A DNA stretch of 64,000 nt from Eledone cirrhosa (Eukaryota). Location of the stretch: positions 18,972,001 to 19,036,000 of the forward strand of contig OZ024756.1 of the NCBI GenBank assembly GCA_964016885.1, given 5' to 3'. The position numbers and the translations under genes were made by a program. The notes below the pieces were generated by a model. The model made no database searches. It worked only from the letters and a program-made list of their open reading frames with translations, and was not told where the DNA came from. Positions 1-17,205 of the stretch are shown here, piece by piece. Numbering within the stretch: the first letter of the stretch is position 1; the number at the start of each line of letters is the position of its first letter.

Positions 1-700
1 AGGACAAGATAAAGACATACAGACACACACAAAAACCAAACTAATTAAGGACAAGATAAAGACATACAGACACACACAAGAACCAAACTAATTAAGGACA
101 AGATAAAGACATACAGACACACACAAGAACCAAACTAATTAAGGACAAGATAAAGACATACAGACACACACAAGAACCAAACTAATTAAGGACAAGATAA
201 AGACATACAGACACACACAAGAACCAAACTAATTAAGGACAAGATAAAGACATACAGACACACACAAGAACCAAACTAATTAAGGACAAGATAAAGACAT
301 ACAGACACACACAAAAACCAAACTAATTAAGGACAAGATAAAGACATACAGACACACACAAGAACCAAACTAATTAAGGACAAGATAAAGACATACAGAC
401 ACACATAAGAACCAAACTAATTAAGGACAAGATAAAGACATACAGACACACACAAGAACCAAACTAATTAAGGACAAGATAAAGACATACAGACACACAC
501 AAGAACCAAACTAATTAAGGACAAGATAAAGACATACAGACACACACAAGAACCAAACTAATTAAGGACAAGATAAAGACATACAGACACACACAAAAAC
601 CAAACTAATTAAGGACAAGATAAAGACATACAGACACACACAAGAACCAAACTAATTCAGGACAAGATAAAGACATACAGACACACACAAAAACCAAACT
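1..700. repeat. 47-bp minisatellite, ~15 copies, runs off the left edge of the window
   Basis: Unit AGGACAAGATAAAGACATACAGACACACACAAGAACCAAACTAATTA recurs every 47 nt. Confidence 0.95.
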
Positions 701-1089
701 AACAAATCAAACCAGACACACAGATAGAATAGAACAAGCAACCATCTAGTGAGAAATAAATAAACACTTAAATAAACACACACACAAACACACACACCCG
801 GATGTAACGTATGCACAAACCAAGTACACAGCACACAATACACAAAAACAAGATTGTGTAGGACAGAACAAAGGAGAGAAACAAAATAAGAAATCAATCA
901 CTGAGATCACAGTGGCGAAATAGCTTTGACAACATATAAACAAACATCTGGTTATCGAACCAACCATAAATTTGAAGTGAAAACCAGAGGTGCGTTGGTT
1001 TTATTGGCAGAATGACCCTCCCAAAGTATAACAATATCTGTTTCAACACACACTTTCAGATAAAATATCTTGCAAAACAAATCCCAAAA

Positions 1090-1126
<37 letters not shown>

Positions 1127-1132
<6 letters not shown>

Positions 1133-1251
1133 AAGGAGCTTCTACAGGACTAGTACTGTTTCATTCAGATGAAATCTTCAAGAAGCCCTGAGCTTCCTGA
1201 AGATTTCATCTGAATGAAACAGTACTAGTCCTGTAGAAGCTCCTTCTATAA
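1127..1251. repeat. Inverted repeat with ~60-bp arms next to (TA)n; probable Penelope-like element end
   Basis: TTATAGAAGGAGCTTCTACAGGACTAGTACTG... is mirrored by ...CAGTACTAGTCCTGTAGAAGCTCCTTCTATAA around a short spacer. Confidence 0.8.
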
Positions 1252-1326
1252 AATAAAAAATTTTACTCTGCCATGTATTGAGTACCTTACTTACTGTGGT
1301 TATCCCCGACTCAACCCGGGACCTAC

Positions 1327-1360
<34 letters not shown>

Positions 1361-1605
1361 TCACACACACACACATATAATAAAAAAGACGAGGTGTTAG
1401 ATCTTCATTACATTTATTGAGGTGTGACGTGCGTAGACGTTACAGTTCCTAATCTATATATACACATACATATGTATGTGTATACATACATACACACGCA
1501 CGAAGCTACTTTATAGCAACTGATTGTAATTGCAGGTATTTTTTGTATCTTAGCTTCCTACACTTATATATACATATATAAATATATATATATAAATATA
1601 TATAT

Positions 1606-2355
1606 CATCATCATCATCATCATCAACGTTTAACGTCCGTGTTCCACGCTTGCATGGGTTTGGACGGGGGTAGTCCCACTTGAGGCAAGAGTGATTGTCT
1701 TGCTCGCATAGGACTGTCTGGCAGGTTTTCTACAGTTGGATGCCCTTCCTAACACCAACCACATTTACAGTGTGGGTCTGGGAGGTTTTTACCGTGTTGC
1801 CTACACGGCCACATTACAGCGTGGACTGTGTGTTTTTTGTCGTGACACCTACACGATCTCATTTGTTTCGGCCTCGATGGCGCGGCACCAACATAACTCT
1901 ACATAGAACGGGGTGGTGTGGATCGGGTGGGGGTGGGGGTGGTGGGACGGGGTGTATTTTGTTAGAGATGCCTACTGGCTGGAGTAGGTTTTACTATATA
2001 TTTAGGTAAGGCGGGTCTTCTCTGTTACTGAGTACCGCCAAAGGTCTCGGTCCAGTGACATTGTCTTGGAGAGGTGTAAGTGTGTGATGTCGGAGTTTAT
2101 CAGCTCGTCCCAGGTTTTTCTAGGTCTGCCTATTCCGTGACTACCGTCTATCTTTATTGCCCTGCACTTTGTTATACAGCTATCGACTTTCATGCGCATC
2201 ACGTGTCCATACCAACGTAGCCTTCTCTCGAGTAAACAACATCTGATCCCTCTTATCTCTAATTTATTCCTTAGTTCGTTTATGCTTTGCCGTTCACGTA
2301 TATTACTGTTACACATCCAGCGGAGCATGCAAGCTTCGTTCCTCTCTAGTCTGCG
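1606..2355 (-). mobile_element. 5'-truncated RTE-clade LINE (ORF C-terminus, 3' UTR and (GAT)n tail)
   Basis: Encodes MLRWMC...[12 protein letters not shown]...GRPRKTW, the typical RTE C-terminus. Near-identical reverse complement of 16072-16798. Confidence 0.9.
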
Positions 2356-2812
2356 ATAAATATATATATATATAAATATATATATATATATGTAAATATA
2401 TATATATGTAAATATATATATATATATGTAAATATATATATATATATGTAAATATATATATATATATATATGTAAATATATATATATATATGTAAATATA
2501 TATATATATATATGTAAATATATATATATATATATGTAAATATATATATATATATATATATATGTAAATATATATATATATATATATGTAAATATATATA
2601 TATATGTAAATATATATATATATGTAAATATATATATATATATATATACTATATTATATTTTGAGAATAAACTCTCAGTCGTTTACAATAATCCAGCTCC
2701 AAGAAAAGGGGCATTTCCGAGCAGTTAAATACATTAAAATATATGATAAACACAAAACGTGTTTGCATTGTAACAGACAAAGTTAGCTATTAATGAAATA
2801 AACTAATTAAAG

Positions 2813-2910
<98 letters not shown>

Positions 2911-2945
2911 AGTAGAGTGCTTCTTATCCGATATCTATATATATA

Positions 2946-3816
<871 letters not shown>

Positions 3817-4142
3817 ATAACAGATTAAAGTTTAAGCAAATAATGGCTGTATTTGACATATATTTATCCTTATCGAGCCCTCTTGGGATTTTAGTCTTCA
3901 AATTTATTATTATTACTATATATATATATATATTCATATATATATATATATATAGGAATGAGTAGTACCCCGGCGGCTGAGCTCAAGCCGTTTCGACGGC
4001 TAGCTCGTCCAGAATTAGCCATCGAAACGGCTTGAGCTCAGCCATTGGGGTCCTACTCGTTCCTATTACCCACTCTACTACCCTAAGTATTGAGTACTTT
4101 GGTGCGTTATGGTCCACCTGGTTCCTTACCACATTTCCTTTG

Positions 4143-4189
<47 letters not shown>

Positions 4190-4205
4190 TATATATATAT
4201 ATATA

Positions 4206-4254
<49 letters not shown>

Positions 4255-4261
4255 TATATAA

Positions 4262-4610
4262 TACAATATATTAACAAATGGAAACTATATTTATAAAACC
4301 ATATTTATTTCATTATACATATTTCAAGAGCCACCAGAGAAAACTATGGTGCACTTTCATCAGATAAAATATAATATAAGTTAGTTTTATAAATAAATAT
4401 TGACATACCCTTAAAAAATGCAACCATTCTGGTTGGAATCTTCTGGATCTTTTAAAGGTATGTCAATATTTATTTATAAAACTAACCTATATTATATTTT
4501 ATCTGATGAAAGCGCACCATAGTTTGCTCTGATGGCCCTTGAAATATGTATAATGAAATAAATATGGTTTTATAAATATAGTTTCCATTTGTTAATATTT
4601 TGTATATTTA
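4262..4610. repeat. Long imperfect inverted repeat (~150-bp arms) with a degenerate hammerhead-like core
   Basis: ATATTAACAAATGGAAACTATATTTATAAAACC... is mirrored by ...GGTTTTATAAATATAGTTTCCATTTGTTAATAT. CTGATGA...GAAA occurs near 4503-4545. Confidence 0.75.
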
Positions 4611-4690
4611 CTCCAATAATTTGTTGAGTGCTTTATAACAGTTATACAAATATTTTGCTTGTTGTATCCCAACAAATTAAATATAACCTC

Positions 4691-5335
<645 letters not shown>

Positions 5336-5337
<2 letters not shown>

Positions 5338-6095
5338 TACCAGCAGTACCCAGCGTTGCCTCTGCTTTGATGAAAAGGTGTTGATCTTAGCGACTACTTC
5401 TCGATGACTCATCTATGGCCACACACAGGCCATGCGGGGGAGAGTGGTGACAAAGGGGCATGCTGGGGGAGGGAATTTCGAATTTGAACGAAATTGGTTG
5501 AAAAATGTGGGAGCTAGAGCCGAAAAGGCGGAAATCTGAGCGAAAAGGTGGTATTTTCGAATATTTAAGCGGCTGCCACGCCGTTCCTGAACAGAAAATC
5601 CAAAATGTAAAGCCATTTTAAGACGTGAAATAATTAGATCTAGCGTAGTGTAAATTTTGAACAAAGTAGGTTGATTAATGTGGGAGCTAAAGCCGAAAAA
5701 GTGGAAATTTGAGTCTAAAAGTGGTATTTTTTTTATATTTAAGCGGCTGCTACGCCGTCCCTGAACAACAAATGCAAAATATAAAGCCATTACAGAATGT
5801 GGAATGATAAATTCTATTTTGTTTTAAAATTTGAACGAAATCGGTGGCAAAATGTGGGAGCTAGAGCCAAAAATCTTATTTTTCAATACCTAAAAAAAGT
5901 TGACACCCCGCCCCCTATCGATTTTTATCTGCAGAATGACCCTGGAATTAAAAAAAAAACGATACGCTGATATATAAAAAAACACTCATCGATGACTAAT
6001 CTCTGAGCCTGTAAAGTTTCATGAAAATCGGTCGTAAGATGTAGGCCCCTATAGGTAATACACAGACACACACATACTTAATTTTATATATATAT
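5336..6095 (+). mobile_element. Non-autonomous Helitron/Helentron-like (DINE/HINE-type) element
   Basis: Starts TACTACCAGCAGTACCCAGCGTTGCC, has internal tandem subrepeats (TTGAACGAAATTGG...AATGTGGGAGCTAG) and AAGTTTCATGAAAATCGG, and ends ACAGACACACAC...TTTTATATATA. Confidence 0.55.
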
Positions 6096-6245
6096 AAAGA
6101 GAGAGAGAGAGAGAGAAACGTTTACAAATACGAAAAAAGATAAAGGTATATAAAGGTGTATATATATATATATATATATACACACACAAGTGGAAGCTTA
6201 GTCGGCCTACAATAAGGAATGAGTAGTAAAGCACTCAAAAAGTTT

Positions 6246-6284
<39 letters not shown>

Positions 6285-7031
6285 AGTAGCGGGGGGCTAT
6301 ATGAAAAATTCGCTCACATTACTCAATGCGGTATAGTTCGAAGCCACATTAGCAAACGAACCTTTCCCAGAGAGCTATCAAAATTCATATCTGTCTTAAG
6401 GCAAAATCTCAATTTGGGGGATATAAGCCAGACCGACTAATATAATGTGAAAAGTCCGTTTGTTTGTATAGAAAGTCGTGCAATGCAAGTGGGTGAGATT
6501 GCTAAGGAAACAATCAGAAGAGAATTGAGAGAGAAAGCAAAATAAAAAAAGGACGAATGATTTAAAATAAATGATCACAAAGAAAAAAAATCTCGTTTTT
6601 TTTTTCTAAAGCTTTTTTTTCTCTTTGATAATGGATGATTAACCCGAAATATTTTAGGAATAATAAATTGTTAAGTTAACTTTAAATCATTCGTTCTTTT
6701 TTTTTATTTTGCTTTCTCTCTCAATTCCCTTCTGGTTATTGCCTTGGTAATCTCACCCACTTGCATTGCATAGCTTTCTATACAAACGGACATTTCAATT
6801 TCATACTCCACAATCCTTCAAGCAAGCTATCACACATTATATAGACACATACATATTATATATATATTTATCTATTTATATTGTTGTGACCTCCGCTCCA
6901 TCCTCTCTATCGTTCTCGCTTGTTTTTGTTATTGCTAGTCAGATAGATGTATTGTCTATAATGCGCTGAAACATCCGTGACCCGTAGTAGACAACTGATG
7001 AAGGGAAATGTCTATCTCTTGTTTGTGTTCC

Positions 7032-8338
7032 CTTAACTTTCTAAAGGAAATTGGGGGTCCGAGCGGAGAGGGCGGAAGGTGATGTGTGTGTAGGTGTACG
7101 TGTTACGTGTGTGTGTATATGCGTGGATGTGAGAGTTTGGGGGAGAACGAGGTTCCATGTTCAGACTCAGAAGCTCCCGCGTCTTGCGACGCATGAGGCA
7201 ATCATAGTGTTCCATCGCGTTCGGTCAGTAGCCAGTTGCACAGCGTCCCGCCATTGTCTGTTTGTCGCTCGCAGGTCCCTCTCAACTGTCTGGCGCCAGT
7301 TCATTTTGGTACTTGGTTCGCCAGTCTCTCCGGGGGAAGTCTCAAAGCGTGTCCAAACCAGCCCAGAAGTCGCTTGCAGATGGTAGACGAGACTAGCTGC
7401 TGGTTGGTGCGGTTCCTGACTTCCTGGTTTGTTACATGGTCACTCCATTTAATCCCCAGGATCTTTCGCAGACATCTGGAATCGAATGCGTCCAACTTCT
7501 TCTCTTGGCTGGTCTTAAGGTGCCATGTTTCACTTCCGTACAAGAGTGTGGACAGCACGTTGCTGTTGTAGAATCTCATCTTTGTTTTGAGGGTGAACTT
7601 CCTGCTCTTCCAGATCTTGTCAAGCTGGTTAAATGCTGCCGAAGCCTTTCCCATTTCTACATTTCAGTTCACTGCCCATGGTGCCCTCATCGTTAATGGA
7701 GCTTCCTAGGTAGGTGAAGTTGTCCACTATCTCCACCTCCCCCTGTTCAATGAAGACACTGGTTGGTAGTGGGTGTGTCCCAGATAACATGCTTTTGGTC
7801 TTGGCACTGATATTGAGACCTAAGCTTCCTGCTTCGACATTGATATTGTTCAATGATTTGCAGGTCAGCTGTGCTCTCTGCAAGTGCAGCAATATCGTCC
7901 ACAAAGTCCAGGTCAGACAACTTTTGCTCTCCCACCCAAGATATACCCCGGTATTTAGACGCTCTTCTTAGTACCCAGTCAATGGCTATGGCAAAGAGAA
8001 TTGGAGAGAGCGAGCAACCTCGACGCATGCCAGTAACCACCTCAAACCAGTCACTGTAGCCATCCTCTGTCCGTATGCAGCACTTGGAGTTTGCGTAAAT
8101 CTGTTTGATTGCCGAAATGACTTTCTGGGGCAGACCATACTCATGCATGATGCTCCAGAGCGACGGTCGATGAATGCTATCGAATGCTTTGGAGAAGTTG
8201 ATGGCGAGGGGCCTCTGGAATTCGTTGTACCTCTCAATGATGCGGCGTAGCGTAAAGATCTGCTCTGCACAGGAACGTTTTGGTCGGAACCCTGCCTGTT
8301 GTTCTCGCAGTTCCCGGTCTACCATGCCACGCATGCCC
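7032..8338 (-). mobile_element. Frameshifted RTE/BovB-like LINE, RT domain to 3' end
   Basis: Consecutive frames give REQQAGFRPKRSC, SKAFDSI, GCSLSPILF, DLDFVDDI, FTYLGS and LLYGSETW. Confidence 0.9.
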
Positions 8339-8905
8339 GGTCTTCCATGCTCGGGTATTAGGAAAACCAGTATATATATATATATATTAAAATAACAGAT
8401 TAAAGTTTAAGCAAAGAATCGCTGCTTAAACTTTAATCTGTTATTTTAATAAATATTTGCTCTACGGTTCTTATATATTTGATATCTGTTCTTATATATT
8501 TAATCTGTTATTTGACCGGTAGTAGTAGTTAAGATACGGGTCCCTTAGAATAAAAAAATTTTCGCGACATTCCTGGCCTGACTGTAATACCGACCTTTCC
8601 TCCTCTTTCTTTCTGTCTTTCTTCTTATAGCTGACATTAACCCTGGCTTCTCTTCTTCTTCCTTCCCCCTTCTTCTCTCTTCTTTCTTTCTTTCTTTCTT
8701 TTTTCTTGTGGCACGATATTAACGCTAACTTATGTTCCTATCCCTTTCTGTTTTCCTTTATTTGACCGGTAGTAGCACACTGTAAGCTTTAGCCACGTCA
8801 CTCGAGGGCGACCGGCAAAGGTAGATGCTGGATGGCGGTCGTCCTTGGGTCTTTGATTTTCAGCCCCATGGATTTTATCTATTACATTCACTTATTATAT
8901 TTCGA

Positions 8906-8963
8906 ATACCTGATGATATCACCGGATTCATACGGAACCCGGTCATTGAAATGATCATAGTAT
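8906..8963 (+). ncRNA. Type I minimal hammerhead ribozyme motif (Penelope-like)
   Basis: ATAC-CTGATGA-[stem II with ACCGG/CCGGT]-GAAA-TGATCA-TA-GTAT. Stem I is ATAC/GTAT, stem III is palindromic, and the cleavage triplet is AUA. Confidence 0.6.
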
Positions 8964-9720
8964 AATAAACCTTTCAAGGATTTACACAAATCCAGCCTCC
9001 TGTCATTTCATTATAATATTTAACTCCGTAATAGCACCACCAACTACAAGAACAAAGACGGTTGAACTGCTTTACGTTGAGTACTCTCTATATTATTACA
9101 TTGAGATTGACCAGCTCTATCCAGTGGTGAACCTCAAACCTGAATGAATATATATATATATAAATATATATATGGGATACATATATATATATATATATTT
9201 TTTTTTATACTTAGGGAGGGTCATATTTGTGTAATATTGCCAGAATTAATAACAGAACACACTCACTGTTTGGTTGGTTTTCGCTTCTCGCTGTCTTTTA
9301 TATCGGTAATCTAACTTACTTGGTCCTCAATGTTGCCATTGACTGACCGACGGTCATATATCTATCCCATGTCTGATTTAGCCTTAGACAATGGCTATGG
9401 GTGTATATGGGTGATCCATACATGTATTTATTATATTTTAATATATCTGTGTGTGCATTGGTTGTGTATACATATAGTTATTCTTTTAATATCCAATTGA
9501 GTTCTTATACACGTGGTTAATACCTAACAGGTTTAAATGACCAGCGTGTATATTGTTTTATTTTAAGATGACCTCCCTTTACCCTTTTGGGGACAGCGTG
9601 TATTTTATCTTTGGGAGAACTGCTGGATTTTCTAATCTACCAGTCTCTTCTTAGCGCTGAGGGAGACCATCACCATTCTATTAATGTCGATATAATTCTT
9701 ATATCGATATTATTTGGGCA

Positions 9721-9844
9721 TCCACTGATGAGTTTATAAGAGCCCGCTTGTGTATAAAACTATGGATTATATACAAGTTTCTACATAACCTGGAAATTAT
9801 GTATCCCAAATTGTAGAAATCTTATAACGAAACGGCCGTCTGGA
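9721..9844 (+). ncRNA. Type I hammerhead ribozyme motif with a branched stem II
   Basis: TCCA-CTGATGA-GTTTATAAGA...TCTTATAAC-GAAA-CGGCCG-TC-TGGA. Stem III is the palindrome ACGGCCGT and the cleavage triplet is GUC. Confidence 0.75.
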
Positions 9845-10799
9845 AGGAAAAAGATATTTATTTAATAATGTCTCATATAAAATAATACAACCAGCTATCC
9901 ACGAAATACTCATTAGTTAGCACCCAAACATAAAATTGGGATAATACTTAGGTATATGCTAATGTTTGTTGAGTGAGATGGAGTTGGTCGGAGTATCGCT
10001 TAAGGCTTTCTCTGTTTATGTATTGTATATATATATATATATATATATACAATGGCCGGAGTATCGCTAAAAAGCTTTCTCCGATATTGTATTTATTTAT
10101 ATATATATACGCGTATTATAAAGAAAAGAAGTTGAAAATGCTCTTGGAGCTTTGAGTTAGATTTAACTTACTTTACTAGTTTTACGGTGTTTGGAAATTT
10201 TCAAAAATGACAAGAAAAACTCCGTGGAATCTTGCATTAATTCTCTCAGCTGTTGTTGTTTGATGCCTCAAATTGCTATCTGTTTAAGACACAATTTGAT
10301 TGGTTGTGGATGATCACTTGATTAGGCACAACATTTTGTTAGTTCTTCATTACGTCCATGCCACCCCCCACCCCCTACACACACACACAAAAATCAATGC
10401 TCTTAATATTCAATATGTAGAATGTATAAGATTTGTATGTATGTGTGTATGTAGGCATAACATTTCTTTTCTAATACGTCTGTGTGTTCGTGACAAGTGA
10501 GAAAAAAGTCATCATTATGTCCAGAGCTGAGGGCGTCGATAAAATAAAGTATCAATCAAGTATTTGAGTCTATTTGATCGACTTTCCCCTCCCCCAAATT
10601 TACTGACCTTATATCGAATTTTTTTTATTTACTGAAGACTTGTATAAATAACGATACAAATAATTTAAAAAGGGAAGGAAAAAAGAAAGAAAAAATACAA
10701 GCAAGTAATACACACATCTGGGACCACATACAACAAAAGCAGGCGAAAAGGGTGGACAAACGAACCGCTTCCAGAGCAAAAGGTAATGATATCGCAAGG

Positions 10800-11015
10800 A
10801 ACACTGGGAAACCTCTCTAATAATTTTTGAGGCAAGCCAACACTCTCGCAACATTACTTCGAGTGATGGCGAGACTGATGCGCTGGAACAGCCAAGCGCC
10901 CTCACAAGCATCACCAGTTACCTCTGTTAGGCAAGCCGCCAGTGAAGATAAGAACCTCACAGTCAGTGGCCCGACTCCCTCAAACGTCTCAAACCCCACA
11001 GGCTGGAAAATGTAG
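10800..11015 (-). mobile_element. CRE-like non-LTR retrotransposon 3' fragment (end of restriction-like endonuclease region)
   Basis: FQPVGFETFEGVGP...LTEVTGD...WLFQRISLAITRSNVARVL resembles the FxPxxxET...QRxSxAIxRGNA C-terminus of CRE-clade elements. Confidence 0.65.
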
Positions 11016-11049
11016 TTATAGTAATCATTATTAGCGTTGATTTAAAAGG

Positions 11050-11210
11050 TGGTGGATTGGCAGTATCGGTAGAGGATCGGACGCCATGCTTTCCAGCATA
11101 GTTACGTCCCTTTACAATCTGAGTTCAAATCCCGCCGAGGTTGACTTTGTCTTTCATCCTTATGGGGTCGATAAAATAAAGTACCAGTAATGCACTGAGT
11201 AATTGCTGGC
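11050..11210 (+). mobile_element. tRNA-derived SINE family 1 (representative copy)
   Basis: A box TGGCAGTATCGG, B box GAGTTCAAATCC, body CTTTCATCCTTA(C/T)GGGGTCGATAAAATAAAGTACC. Other + copies lie near 13196, 15094, 23087 and 33970. Confidence 0.85.
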
Positions 11211-14200
11211 TTTATTATTGTTTCATTATTAAAATATAACCATATATATCATTCGTTTCCAGCCATCTTGTTAACTAAAATGTTTATGTTGTTTTTGATT
11301 TGTTTTTTGTTTCTTTTTTTCCTTTTTTATCTGCCTGAGAGCCATGTTTTTTCCTTTTTTCTTTTTTGCCTGGAACCAACAATTTTCTTGCATTAAAATT
11401 TGTCACATTTTTTTATGACATTTTATGTTAATTTCATTATCGTTATCATCATCATCATCATCATCATCACTGTTTAACGTCCATTTTCCCACACTAACAT
11501 GGGTTAGACGAGTTTTCTCATTGAGAGACAAGTCAGATCAGGTGACCATGTCTTGCTCATACAGAACTGGTTCTGACTTGGTTTCTACGGCTGGATGACT
11601 TCTTAACAACAACCACATTTACAGTGTGGACTGGGTGCTTTTTGTTGTCACCAACATGACCACTTCACAGTGTGGACTGGGCACTATTTGTTGTGTCATC
11701 AACATGACCACTTTACAGTGTGGGCTGGGAACTTTTTGTTGTCATCAACACAACCACTTTACAGTGAGGGCTGGGCATTTTTTGTTGTCATCAACACAAC
11801 CACTTTACAGTGAGAGCTGGGCATTTTTTGTCATAGCACCTGCACGACCACTTTACAGTGCTGATTTCTATTTGCTTTTAGTTGTTTTGGCTGCTGTTGT
11901 TGTTTAGTTGTTTAGTTTTTATTGCTGTTATACCATTACCAGTTATTTCTATAAAATACCGTATTTTGCCATGTATGATGGGAATTTCATTTGGAATTTT
12001 CTTTTTTCAGTTTTTATATAAATGAAAAATTAAGTGAGGAAAATAAGACAAACATTGAAAAGATTTTAAAACTGAAATTCAAACTCAATTTAATATTTAA
12101 CAGAAAAGCAAATATCAAAACTTCTATTGGTGAATCAATTTCAGTCTGTTTTATATATAGAGAGAGGGTGTCCCAAAAAATGTATAGACACTTCAACAGC
12201 ATTCTAATAAATGTGTATACATTTTGGGAGGACATCCTGTATATATGTATAAATATATATATATATATAAATTTTTTTTTTTTTTTTTTTCTTCAGTTTA
12301 AAAATCTTTTCTATTCAATTTTATTTTTCTCACTTGATTTCTGTTATGAAAAAAATATTTTATATCAATTTTAATTTAAAAAAAAAAAAACTGGAAAAAA
12401 AAATGAAAAAAAAAAAAGAAATTTCCATTTTTTGTTTGTTTTTTGTTATGCTTCAGGTGTGTTAATTAACTGCTTTGCTACTGAGCAGCACAATGGATTT
12501 GATCCTGGCTTCACCTGCTCACTAAACTATAATGCATTACAACATTGCTCTGGGTTATTTTAAAATTCAGCCAACCAGCCATTTAAACCATTTCATATGA
12601 AAGCCATTTAAACCGTTTCATATGAAACTCTTTGAAACCACTGACGGTTCTAGAATACAGAAACGCGTGTTATAAAGCATTTATATTTATCTATATAGGT
12701 GGCAAATTGGCAGAGTTGTTAGAATGTCGAATAGAATGCTTAGCTGTATTCGTTTCGACTCTCTGCTCTCTGAGTTTGAATCCCACCGAGGTCAACTTTG
12801 CCTTGCATCCATTCAAGGTCAATAAAAAAAGTACCAGTCAAGTACTGAGGTCGATTCTTCTTCTATATCTCTTTCTTTCACTTCCATTCTTTCACCCTCT
12901 CTATCCATCTCTGGAACAAATCTGCTGTATTCAGACCTCGAGAGGAGATGAGCTCCGCCAGGTTTAAGAATACCCTAGTAATGCCCTATTTCAATATGGT
13001 GCACCTATAACTCCCTCAGGAGTTACGGGACCATGCATGCATATTTATCTATAAATGTTCCATGATAATTCTATGTTAGAACTTTTGATCATTAAGTTAT
13101 GTTCTAAATACCAGCTTAATCTTTTCACTACCAAATTTCCTGGAACTTTGCCTGGTTCTATGATACAGAACTGCTTATTTCAAAGTGTTAATATTTATCG
13201 GTAGAGGGTCAGACACCATGCTTTCCAGCATAGTTACGTCCCTTTACGATCTGAGTTCAAATCCCGCCGAGTTTGACTTTGCCTTTCATCCTTACGGGGT
13301 CGATAAAATAAAGTACCAGTAATGCACTGGGTGATTGCTGGCCTTGTGCCTAAAGTAGAAACAGTTAATATTTATCAAAAACCTTCCATGATAATCCTAT
13401 GTAAGAACCTTTGATAACTTATACTCTAAATATAAACGTAACTCTTTTGATAACAAACCACATGAAACCACTCCTGGTTCTACCATACAGGGCTGCTTGT
13501 TTCAAAGTGTTAATAGTTACCTAAAAACTTTCGATGATAATTCTGTGTAAGATTGTTTGATAACTTATGCTCCAAATATAAACTTAACCCTTTTGATAAC
13601 AAGCCACATGAAACCACTCCTGGTTCTACAATATAGGATTGGTTGTTTTAAAATCTTTTTTTTTTTTTCATTTTTAAAATTATTTTTTTTAAATAATTAA
13701 AAATTTGGAGGGATTTAGTGATATAACTAACTTTCTCATTATACTGCTAGTGTTTTTGAATATAGCTAGACCCTTTAGCATTTAAACCGGCCAGAATTCC
13801 CTCACCTCTTTCTGTTGAAACCAGCTATAACTGGCCATTTATACTAATTTTAAGGATTTGTTCTCAAAATAAATAATATCAAAATCTCATAGATGCGATA
13901 TTACGAGAGATATTATGTGAGATAAAGCCTTTACCGCGAAAATACAATAGTATATATAGAGTAAAGGGTTAACGAAGGTTTTTACATAAAATTATGATGA
14001 AAGGTTTTTAGATAACTATATGCAGTTTCTGCCCTTGAGTATCTAAAAATTAGAGTATCTAAAAATCACCCACCTCCTCACCAAGCAAGCTTGGTAGGGT
14101 TGCCAGCTGAGTCACCGATGACCCAATTATGTGACAGAAGTTGCATAGAAAACCATAGAAAATACTAGAAATAGCAACCAATATTTCCTTTAAATCACAT

Positions 14201-15212
14201 ATCCCTCTGTCTGTGATAATGTAAGAAATAGCAACCAAATCTCCCTTAATTCTTTAGCATCTAAACTGGCCATATCTGCCCAAAATTCTCTCACCACTTT
14301 CTGTTGAAATTGGCTATAATCGGCTGCTCATACTTATGTTAAGATATTAAGGTATTATTCTCAAAATAAATAATATCAAAATCTCATAGATTCAATATTA
14401 TGTGAGATAATTTTGTGAGATAAAGTGTTTACCATGAAAATATAATAGTATATATAGAGTAATGTAAATGCTAAAGGGCTAAACCATAATCTTAGAAAAT
14501 ACTAGAAATAGCAGCCAAATTTCCCTTAAATCACAGCTTGCTTTCTAAGATAATGATAAAAATAGCAACCAAATCCCCCTTAAACCATAGTCTTAGAAGA
14601 AAACTAGAAATAGCAGCCAAATTTCCCTTAAATCACACAGCTTGCTGTCTGAGATAATGCTAGAAATAGCAGCCAAATCCCCCTGAAACCAAAACCCTAC
14701 TATCTTAAAAAATGCTAGAAATAGCATGGGAGTATAGACTTTATCAAAACAAAACAGAAAAACAGAGAATGTAATGAAGATAAACTTTGCCAGATGGTAT
14801 TTATATAATCTTTGGCATAAATCAGATAAACAGAAAGAAAATTAATTGGTGTTAAGAAAGAAGACTGTCTTTAAACTTGTTTGTTTTATTACATATAAAA
14901 CAAACATTGATGACACAAACAGCCAACAGCCATGATAGAACAATCAAGATACTTACTCTGCCTACAGCTCATTTCTTTTCTTAACACTTCTTCAGTAGTA
15001 GACAAATACAGTTGTATAATTTATTACGTGTGCATATATATCTGTATATATATATAGATATGTTCGTATATATATGTATATATTATTATTTTACGTCCTG
15101 AGTTCAAATCCCGCCGAGGTTGACTTTGCCTTTCATCCTTACGGGGTCGATAAAATAAAGTACCAGTAATGCACTGGGTAGTTGCTGGCCTTGTGCCTAA
15201 AGTAGAAACAAT

Positions 15213-16897
<1,685 letters not shown>

Positions 16898-16927
16898 GCC
16901 TCTCTGTTCTGTCCCTGTTCAATTTTT

Positions 16928-16964
<37 letters not shown>

Positions 16965-17154
16965 AGCATATATATATATATATATATATAAGTTGTAGCA
17001 TATATATATATATATATATATAAGTTGTAGCATATATATATATATAACAAAGGAAGTGTGGTAAGGAACCAGGTGGACCAAAAAACACCAAAGTACAATT
17101 CAGACCTAACTGTCGAAACGGCCGGAGCTCAGCTGTCGGGGTCCTGACTCTTTT

Positions 17155-17205
<51 letters not shown>

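Noticed and set aside
1-700. Regular repeats here and at 54915-55865 as possible CRISPR arrays
   Set aside because: The units are head-to-tail with no unique spacers, the context is eukaryotic, and there are no cas genes.
6991-7035. CTGATGA followed by an AGGGAA/TTCCCT stem as a hammerhead
   Set aside because: No GAAA or stem III follows; it is cut off by the RTE insertion.
12457-12562. Strong-looking acceptor TTTTGTTATGCTTCAG as a possible CH-domain exon
   Set aside because: The only open frame (VLINCFATEQHNGFDPGF...) has no CH similarity and ends at a stop codon.
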